From Eledone cirrhosa (lineage: Eukaryota): 64,000 nucleotides of DNA. Made by a program: the position numbers and the translations under genes. The stretch's first letter is position 1. Every line of letters begins with the position of its first letter. Location: the NCBI GenBank assembly GCA_964016885.1, contig OZ024742.1:20212001-20276000 (forward strand), in the 5' to 3' direction. This document shows positions 53,161 to 64,000 of this stretch, in pieces. The notes under the pieces were generated by a model. That model was not told the DNA's origin, ran no database searches, and was given only the letters and a program-made list of their open reading frames with translations.

Positions 53161-53402
53161 CACATACACATACACACACACACATGCACACACACGCACA
53201 CACACATACACACACACACACATACACGCACACACCACAAACACAAACACACATTACACACACAGACACAAACACACACACACATATATATATTTATATA
53301 TAATCAATAAAGAATAACCAGAATTTAAATTGAATAATTTGATTGATTGACGACGGTTGAAATTTTGTTTATATGGTTGTATTTTTCAACTGATCTAATT
53401 TA

Positions 53403-53464
<62 letters not shown>

Positions 53465-53545
53465 CGTGTGTGTGTGTTTATATACATATGATACTATATG
53501 TATATGTGTTAGGAAAAAAGAGTGCTCTATGTATAGAACAGAGCT

Positions 53546-53760
53546 ATTAGAAAGTGAACAACACAAAATATAACTACTCCATTACCAAAGGTTTATGGAT
53601 CCCAGACGATAATAATATACGTCTGGATTGGTCGTGAGAGAGAGATGTTATCTCTTAATGTCTCTGTCTGACGACAGATCCAGACGTATATTATTATTGT
53701 CTGTGAGCCAGAAACCTTTGGTAATGGAGTAGTTATATTTTGTGTTGTTCACTTTCTAAT
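53546..53760. mobile_element. 215-bp palindrome near (TA)n with an HHR
   Basis: attagaaagtgaacaacacaaaatataactactccattaccaaagg... is inverted about 53651-53655. Confidence 0.9.
53662..53729 (+). ncRNA. Type I hammerhead motif, intact core
   Basis: ctctgt-CTGACGA-(helix II with cagac/gtctg)-GAAA-cc ttt gg-TA-atggag. The mirror arm has CTCACGA/TAAA. Confidence 0.68.
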
Positions 53761-54169
53761 TAAATATATATATATATAGTATCATGCCTCTCATAATGTG
53801 TGAACTAACATCAATGTAGAAAAACTTTTGGAAGGACAAGAAAATGATGGTTAGAAGGAAAGACACATAAGTACAGGAAGAGGCAACGAGAAATGATATG
53901 AAGATATTGTACCGTATAGTGCGTGACCTGACTGGATACAGCAGGACTGGAAAAGTGTCGATAAAGAATAAATAGGTAACATTTTACTGGGGGAAATAAG
54001 CAGAAGGCGAGGTGGAAAGAACATTTTAAAGTAATGTTATGTTGATTCATTAAAATCCTACGAATACCTCCACAGTTAGTGACCAGATGTTATTGGAGTT
54101 AGAGATCGCTAGTGACAATTATTGTTGTTTTTGTTACAGCTCACACCTATGCAGGTTTAGCTGGCATCC

Positions 54170-54276
54170 TCCAAGTGTCTTGATCAAGGAAACAACACAT
54201 CATCCGCTCCGAGAATTGAACTCACACACTTTCGATTGCAAGCCCAATGCTCTAACCACTAAGCCATGCGCCTTCA
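54170..54276 (-). mobile_element. SINE head (second family)
   Basis: Reverse complement tgaaggcgcatggcttagtggttagagc...gtgagttcaattctc contains A and B boxes. Confidence 0.8.
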
Positions 54277-55088
54277 ATAGTGACGATAGACGTTAGGGAA
54301 AATGGAATCACTCACAGTTAGTGACCAGATGTTATTGGAGTTAGAGATCGCTAGAGACAATAGACGCTAGGGAAAATGGTGTCAATGAAGATCGTGTGTT
54401 TAATCCCCTATAGTGCATTGTGTCCTTGAGAAAGACACTTAATTCCCCTTGGAAAAAAATGTGTTGCGTCTGTAATTCAAAGGGCCAACCTTTTCAGACA
54501 CAATGTCACCCCGAATCTTCCTGAAAAATACATTAAGGGTACACATATCTGTGGATTGCTCATTCAATGATGATTTCAGGGGTAAGGCTGTTACGCCATC
54601 ACCATCACCATCACCATCATCATCCTCACCACCCTCACCACCACCATCAGCATGAATTAAAGACACCACTGGACAATAGGTCTAGAGAATAACAAGCAGG
54701 TTTTATTGAATCTTGAAGATCATGTATTGAACAAGTTTTGTGCTGCAGAACATTAGAGAGCAATGCGTTTATTTTCTACAGTCTTTGGTCATGAAGGGTT
54801 TCGACAGTATATATAGAGAAACGCTATGGTGTATAAGGTAAGGATGAGAGCTCTTAACAACTGATGGAGTCGTAGGAACGATGTCCTGACACACGTCGTT
54901 TTGGGGCATTTAAAACATGGTGGAGCCCATCCATTTTCCATGTTTGAATATAACTGATTTGTTCCTGTGAAAGAGATTGATCGAATCAATCGATAAGATG
55001 CCACACCTCACTCACTAACCGTGTAGAGTAACACTAATCAAATCGGACCAAGACAACAATGTTTCCATCGGTCTTTCCATTGCTGATA

Positions 55089-55461
<373 letters not shown>

Positions 55462-57294
55462 AAGAGGGAGAGAGGGAGAGAGGTAAAATGTGTTAGTGGA
55501 AGAACCATCGTCAACAACAATGTGGTAGACTGGCTGTAGCCGACATACAGACCAACTTAGTATTAGTTGATGAAATTACCAACAAGAATTTTGAATAAAG
55601 ATTAACATCTGATCTGTGCCAGCTCCTAAATCAACATCTGTATGAAGATCTTCCTGTACCGAGCCATTATCATGAAAAATGCAGTCTATGCAGGGAAAAC
55701 ACGGAAGATGATTTCCAAGATCCCTCGGAAACTGAAGTGTTCTAGCAAAGATTATATTCAGTGACTGATTCACTAGATATTATATATAGGGACTGATCAC
55801 TAGATATTATATATAGGGACTGTGGACTAGATATTATATATAGGGACTGATCACTAAATATTATATACAGTGACTGATTCACTAGATATTATATATAGGG
55901 ACTGATCACTAGATATTATATATAGGGACTGATTCACTAGATATTATATATAGGGAATGATTCACTAGATATTATATACAGTGACTGATTCACTAGATAT
56001 TATATATAAGGACTGTTCACTAGATATTATATATAGGGACTGATCACTAGATATTATATATAGGGACTGATTCACTAGATATTATATATAGGGACTGATC
56101 ACTAGATATTATATATAGGGACTGTTCACTAGATATTATATATAGGGACTGTTCACTAGATATTATATACAGTGACTGTTCACTAGATATTATATACAGT
56201 GATTGATTCACTAGATATTATATATAGGGACTGTTCACTAGATATTATATATAGGGACTGTTCACTAGATATTATATATAGGGACTGTTCACTAGATATT
56301 ATATATAGGGACTGTTCACTAGATATTATATATAGGGACTGTTCACTAGATATTATATATAGGGACTGTCACTAGATATTATATATAGGGACTGTTCACT
56401 AGATATTATATACAGTGATTGATTCACTAGATATTATATATAGGGACTGTTCACTAGATATTATATATAGGGACTGTTCACTAGATATTATATATAGGGA
56501 CAGTTCACTAGATATTATATATAGGGACTGTTCACTAGATATTATATACAGTGATTGATTCACTAGATATTATATATATAGGGACTGTTCACTAGATATT
56601 ATATATAGGGACTGTTCACTAGATATTATATACAGTGACTGTTCACTAGATATTATATATAGGGACTGTTCACTAGATATTATATATAGGGACTGTTCAC
56701 TAGATATTATATATAGGGACTGGTCACTAGATATTATATATAGGGACTGTTCAGTAGATATTATATACAGGGACTGATCACTAGATATTATATATAGGGA
56801 CTGTTCACTAGATATTATATATAGGCACTGTTCACTAGATATTATATATAGGGACTGTTCACTAGATATTATATATAGGGACTGTTCACTAAATATTATA
56901 TATAGGGACTGTTCACTACATAATATATATAGGGACTGATCACTAGATATTATATATAGGGACTGTTCACTAGATAATATATATCAGGACCGTTCACTAG
57001 CTATTATATATAGGCACTGTTCACTAGATATCATATATAAGGACTGTTCACTAGATATTATATATAGGGACTGTTCACTATATATTATATATAGGGACTG
57101 TTCACTAGATATTATATATAGGGACTGATCACTAGATATTATATATAGGGACTGTTCACTAGATATTATATATAGGGACTGATTCACTAGATATTATATA
57201 TAGGGACTGTTCACTAGACAACTATATATAGGGACTGTTCACTAGATATATATAGGGACTGTTCACTAGATATTATATATAGGGACAGATCACC

Positions 57295-57482
57295 GGCGTT
57301 GGATTGGCAGTATCGGTAGAGGATCGGACGCCATGCTTTCCAGCATAGCTACGTCCCTTTACGATCTGAGTTCAAATCCCGCCGAGGTTGACTTTGCCTT
57401 TCATCCTTACGGGGTCGATAAAATAAAGTAGCAGTAATGCACTAGGTAATTGCTGGCCTTGTGCCTAAAGAAGAAACAATTA
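57295..57482 (+). mobile_element. SINE in satellite
   Basis: Matches the 13838 family. Confidence 0.92.
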
Positions 57483-58398
57483 TATATAGGGACTGATGAC
57501 TAGATATTATATACAGTGACCGTTCACTAGATATTATATATAGGGACTGTTCACTAGATATTATATATAGGGACTGATTGACTAGATAGTATATATAGGG
57601 ACTGATTCACTAGATATTATATATAGGGACTGATTCACTCGATATTATATATAGGAATTGATTCAGTAGATATTATATATAGGGACTAATTCACTAGATA
57701 TTATATATAGGGACTGATTCACTAGATATTATATATAGGGACTGTTCTCTAGATATTATATATAGGGACAGTTCACTAGATATTATATATAGGCACTGTT
57801 CACTAGATATTATATATAGGGACTGTTCACTAGATATTATATATAGGGACTGTTCACTATATATTATATATAGGGACTGTTCACTAGATATTATATATAG
57901 GGACTGATTCACTAGATATTATATATAGGGACTGATTCACTAGATATTATATATAGGGACTGTTCACTAGATATTATATATAGGGACTGTTCACTAGATA
58001 TTATATGTAGGTACTGTTCACTAGATAATATATATAGGGACTGTTCACTAAATATTATATATAGGGACTGTTCACTAGATATTATATATAGGGACTGTTC
58101 ACTAGATATTATATATAGGGACTGATCACTAGATATTATATATAGGGACTGTTCACTAGATACTATATATAGGGATTGTTCACTAGATATTATATATAGG
58201 GACTGTTCACTATATATTATATATAGGGACTGATCACTAGATATTATATATAGGGACTGTTCACTAGATATTATATATAGGGACTGATTCACTAGATATT
58301 ATATATAGGGACTGTTCACTAGATACTATATATAGGGACTGTTCACTAGATATATGTAGGGACTATTCACTAGATATTATATGTAGGGACACATCACC

Positions 58399-58586
58399 GG
58401 CGGTGGATTGGCAGTATCGGTAGAGGATCGGACGCCATGCTTTCCAGCATAGCTACGTCCCTTTACGATCTGAGTTCAAATCCCGCCGAGGTTGACTTTG
58501 CCTTTCATCCATACGGGGTCGATAAAATAAAGTAGCAGTAATGCACTAGGTAATTGCTGGCCTTGTGCCTAAAGTAGAAACAATTA
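58399..58586 (+). mobile_element. SINE in satellite
   Basis: Same junctions as 57295. Confidence 0.92.
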
Positions 58587-59122
58587 TATATAGGGACTGA
58601 TGACTAGATATTATATACAGTGACTGTTCACTAGATATTATATATAGGGACTGTTCACTAGATATTATATATAGGGACTGATTGACTAGATATTATATAT
58701 ATGGACTGATTGACTAGATATTATATATAAGGATTGATTCACTAGATATTATATATAGGGACTGATTCACTAGATATTATATATAGGGACAGATTCACTA
58801 GATATTATATATAGGGACTGTTCACTAGATATTATATACAGTGACTGATCACTAGATATTATATATAGGGACTGTTCACTAGATATTATATATAGGGACT
58901 GTTCAATAGATATTATATGTAGGTACTGTTCACTAGATATTATATATAGGGACTGATCACTAGATATTATATATAGGGACTGTTCACTAGATATTATATA
59001 TAGGGACTGATTCACTAGATATTATATATAGGGACTGTTCACTAGACAACTATATATAGGGACTGTTCACTAGATATATATAGGGACTGTTCACTAGATA
59101 TTATATATAGGGACAGATCACC

Positions 59123-59310
59123 GGCGTTGGATTGGCAGTATCGGTAGAGGATCGGACGCCATGCTTTCCAGCATAGTTACGTCCCTTTACGATCTGAGTT
59201 CAAATCCCGCCGAGGTTGACTTTGCCTTTCATCCTTACGGGGTCGATAAAATAAAGTAGCAGTAATGCACTAGGTAATTGCTGGCCTTGTGCCTAAAGAA
59301 GAAACAATTA
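59123..59310 (+). mobile_element. SINE in satellite
   Basis: Same junctions as 57295. Confidence 0.92.
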
Positions 59311-59838
59311 TATATAGGGACTGATGACTAGATATTATATACAGTGACCGTTCACTAGATATTATATATAGGGACTGTTCACTAGATATTATATATAGGG
59401 ACTGATTGACTAGATATTATATATAGGGACTGTTCACTATATATTATATATAGGGACTGTTCACTAGATATTATATATAGGGACTGATTCACTAGATATT
59501 ATATATAGGGTCTGATTCACTAGATATTATATATAGGGACTGTTCACTAGATATTATATATAGGGACTGTTCACTAGATATTACATGTAGGTACTGTTCA
59601 CTAGATAATATATATAGGGACTGTTCACTAAATATTATATATAGGGACTGTTCACTAGATATTATATATAGGGACTGTTCACTAGATATTATATATAGGG
59701 ACTGATCACTAGATATTATATATAGGGACTGTTCACTAGATACTATATATAGGCACTGTTCACTATATATTATATATAGGGACTGATCACTAGATATTAT
59801 ATATAGGGACTGTTCACTAGATATTATATATAGGAACT

Positions 59839-60026
59839 CGGTGAATTGGCAGTATCGGTAGAGGGTCGGACGCCATGCTTTGACGCATAGAGTTACGGCC
59901 CTTGCCATTCTGAGTTCAAATCCCGCCGAGGTTAACTTTGCCTTTCATCCTTACGGGGTCGATAAAATAAAGTACCAGTAATACACTGGGAAATTGCTGG
60001 CCTTGTGCCAAAAGTAGAAACAATTA
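59839..60026 (+). mobile_element. SINE in satellite (other subfamily, like 13838)
   Basis: Diagnostic ctttgacgcatagagttacggccc; different 5' junction. Confidence 0.92.
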
Positions 60027-60151
60027 TATATAGGGACTGATTCACTAGATATTATATATAGGGACTGTTCACTAGATACTATATATAGGGACTGTTCACT
60101 AGATATATGTAGGGACTATTCACTAGATATTATATATAGGGACAGATCACC

Positions 60152-60339
60152 GGCGGTGGATTGGCAGTATCGGTAGAGGATCGGACGCCATGCTTTCCAG
60201 CATAGCTATGTCCCTTTACGATCTGAATTCAAATCCCGCCGAGGTTGACTTTGCCTTTCATCCTTACGGGGTCGATAAAATAAAGTAGCAGTAATGCACT
60301 AGGTAATTGCTGGCCTTGTGTCTAAAGTAGAAACAATTA
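60152..60339 (+). mobile_element. SINE in satellite
   Basis: Same junctions as 58399. Confidence 0.92.
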
Positions 60340-62846
60340 TATATAGGGACTGATGACTAGATATTATATACAGTGACTGTTCACTAGATATTATATATAG
60401 GGACTGTTCACTAGATATTATATATAGGGACTGATTGACTAGATATTATATATAGGGACTGTTCACTATATATTATATATAGGGACTGATTCACTAGATA
60501 TTATATATAGGGACTGATTCACTAGATATTATATATATGGACTGTTCACTAGATATTATATACAGTGACTGATCACTAGATATTATATATAGGGAGTGAT
60601 TCACTAGATATTATATATAGGGACTGATCACTAGATATTATATATAGGGACTGTTCACTAGATATTATATATAGGGACTGATTTACTAGATATTATATAT
60701 ACGGACTTTTCACTAGATATTATATATAGGGACTGATTCACTAGATATTATATATAGGGACTGATTCACTAGATATTATATATAGGGACTGTTCACTAGA
60801 TATTATATATAGGGACTGTTCACTAGATATTATATATAGGGACTGATCACTAGATATTATATATAGGGACTGATTCACTAGATATTATATATATGGACTG
60901 ATTCACTAGATATTATATATAGGGGCTGTTCACTAGATATTATATACAGTGACTGATCACTAGATATTATATATAGGGAGTGATTCACTAGATATTATAT
61001 ATAGGGACTGATCACTAGATATTATATATAGGGACTGTTCACTAGATATTATATATAGGGACTGATTTACTAGATATTATATATACGGACTTTTCACTAG
61101 ATATTATATATATGGACTGATTCACTAGATATTATATATAGGGACTGATTCACTAGATATTATATATAGGGACTGTTCACTAGATATATATAGGGACTGT
61201 TCACTAGATGTTATATATAGGGACTGTTCACTAGATATTATATATAGGGACTGTTCACTAGATATTATATATAGGGACTGTTTACTAGATATTATATACA
61301 GTGACTGTTCACTAGATATTATATATAGGGACTGATTCACTAGATATTATATATAGGGACTGTTCATTAGATATTATATATAGGGACAGATCACTAGATA
61401 TTATATATAGGGACTGTTCACTAGATATTATATATAGGGACTGTTCACTAGATATTATATATAGGGACTGTTCACTAGATATTATATACAGTGATTGATT
61501 CACTAGATATTATATATAGGGACTGTTCACTAGATATTATATATCGGGACTGTTCACTAGATATTATATATAGGGACTGTTCACTAGATATTATATACAG
61601 TGACTGATTCACTAGATATTATATATAGGGACTGATCACTAGATATTATATATAGGGACTGATCACTAGATATTATATATAGGGACTGTTCATAAGATAT
61701 TATATATCGGGACTGATTCACTAGATATTATATACAGTGACTGATTCACTAGATATTATATATAGGGACTGATCACTAGATATTATATACAGTGACTGAT
61801 TCGCTAGATATTATATATAGGGACTGATCACTAGATATTATATACAGTGACTGATTCACTAGATATTATATATAGGGACTGATCACTAGATATTATATAC
61901 AGTGACTGATTCACTAGATATTATATATAGGGACTGATCACTAGATATTATATACAGTGACTGATTCACTAGATATTATATACAGTGACTGATTCACTAG
62001 ATATTATATATAGGGACTGTTCACTAGATATTATTACAGGGACTGATCACTAGATATTATATATAGGGACTGTTTACTAGATATTATATATAGGGACTGA
62101 TCACTAGATATTATATATAGGGACTGATCACTAGATATTATATATAGGGACTGATCACTAGATATTATATATAGGGACTGTTTACTAGATATTATATATA
62201 GGGACTGTTTACTAGATATTATATATAGGGACTGATCACTAGATATTATATATAGGGACTGTTTACTAGATATTATATATAGGGACTGATCACTAGATAT
62301 TATATATAGGGACTGTTTACTAGATATTATATATAGGGACTGTTTACTAGATATTATATATAGGGACTGATCACTAGATATTATATATAGGGACTGTTTA
62401 CTAGATATTATATATAGGGACTGATCACTAGATATTATATATAGGGACTGTTTACTAGATATTATATATAGGGACTGATCACTAGATATTATATATAGGG
62501 ACTGATCACTAGATATTATATATAGGGACTGATCACTAGATATTATATATAGGGACTGTTTACTAGATATTATATATAGGGACTGATCACTAGATATTAT
62601 ATATAGGAACTGTTCATAAGATATTATATATAGGGACTGATTCACTAGATATTATATACAGTGACTGATTCACTAGATATTATATATAGGGACTGATTCA
62701 CTAGATATTATATATAGGGACTCATTCACTAGATATTATATACAGCGACAGATTCACTAGATATTATATATAGGGACTGTTCACTAGAGATTATATATAG
62801 GGACTGTTCACTAGATATTATATATAGGGACTGTTCACTGGATATT

Positions 62847-63007
62847 TGGATTGGCAGTATCGGCAAAGGGTCGAACGCCATGCTTTGACGCATAGAGTTA
62901 CGGTCCTCTCCATTCTGAGTTCAAACCCCTTACGGGGTCAATAAAATAAAGTACCAGTAATGTACTGGCTAATTTGTTGGCCTTGTGCCAAAAGATAGAA
63001 ACAATTA
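62847..63007 (+). mobile_element. SINE in satellite with internal deletion
   Basis: gagttcaaacccct|tacggggtc lacks about 25 bp. Confidence 0.88.
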
Positions 63008-64000
63008 TATATAGGGACTGTTCACTAGATATTATATATAAGGCCTGTTCACTAGATATTATATACAGTGACTGGTTCACTAGATATATATAGGGACCTG
63101 TTCACTGGATATATATATAGAGAGAGAGAGACCTGTTCACTGGATATTAGATACACAGACTAGTTCACTAAATATAATGTACAGAGATGTGTTCACTAGA
63201 TATATATAGAGACCTGTTCACTAGATATAATATATAGACCTGTTCACTAGACATAATATATAGGGACTGTTCACTAGATATAATATATAAGGACTATTCA
63301 CTAGATATTATATAGAGACCTGTTCACTAGATATATATAGAGACCTGTTCACTAGATATAATATATAGACCTGTTCACTAGATATGATATATAGACCTGT
63401 TCACTTGATATATATAGAGACCTGTTCACTAGATATAATATATAGGGACTGTTCACTAGATATTATATATAGGGACTGTTCACTAGATATAATATATAAT
63501 GACTGTTCACTAGATATAATATATAATGACTGTTCACTAGATATAATATATAAGGACTATTCACTAGATATATAAGGACTGTTCACTAGATATAATATAT
63601 AAAGACTTTTCACTAGATATAATATATAGGGACTGTTCACTAGATATAATATATAAGGACTGTTCACTAGATATATAAGGACTGTTCACTAGATATAATA
63701 TATAAAGACTTTTCACTAGATATAATATATAGGGACTGTTCACTAGATATAATATATAAGGACTGTTCACTAGATATATAAGGACTGTTCACTAGATATA
63801 ATATATAAAGACTTTTCACTAGATATAATATATAAGGACTGTTCACTAGATATAATATATAAGGACTGTTCACTAGATATATAAGGACTGTTCACTAGAT
63901 ATAATATATAAAGACTTTTCACTAGATATAATATATAGGGACTGTTCACTAGATATAATATATAAGGACTGTTCACTAGATATATAAGGACTGTTCACTA

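Larger units (their letters stand above)
55750..64000. repeat. 27-bp (28-bp variant) satellite GGGACTGTTCACTAGATATTATATATA, running off the window; 103-bp higher-order unit after ~63560
   Basis: 9-aa periodic ORFs (SEQSLYIIS); identical ORFs offset by 103 bp at the end. Confidence 0.98.

Noticed and set aside
54855-54905. CTGATGG followed by a stem
   Set aside because: No GAAA core or helix I.
55750-64000. CRISPR-like array (27-28 bp repeats with inserts)
   Set aside because: Repeats are directly adjacent with no unique spacers, the inserts are SINEs, and the context is eukaryotic with no cas genes.

Overview
AT-rich, repeat-saturated, non-genic eukaryotic (animal) DNA. The tRNA-derived SINEs and microsatellite landscape look like octopus/coleoid cephalopod sequence; this is recognition from memory, not a database result. 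No credible host protein-coding exon was found, and almost all listed ORFs are microsatellite or satellite artefacts. About half the window is tandem repeat: a 26-bp array (2.1-3.3 kb), a 24-bp array (11.8-13.2 kb), a ~21-kb 16-bp array (17.4-38.6 kb) and a 27-bp array carrying SINEs (55.75 kb to the end). The rest holds relics of a Penelope-like element (PLE), an L1/Tx1-type LINE, RTE LINEs, Helitrons, MITEs and SINEs. The main unannotated signal is a dense set of minimal type I hammerhead ribozyme (HHR) motifs: 8 with an intact CUGANGA/GAAA/UH core, 3 single-core variants, plus degenerate and half copies. They belong to several sequence-unrelated short non-coding elements sitting in or beside (TA)n tracts. 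These elements occur as head-to-head fold-back palindromes or as partial tandem (retrozyme-like) units. Five copies carry an ATGCAAAT octamer 88-101 bp upstream of the catalytic core. All structures were folded by eye and activity is untested.
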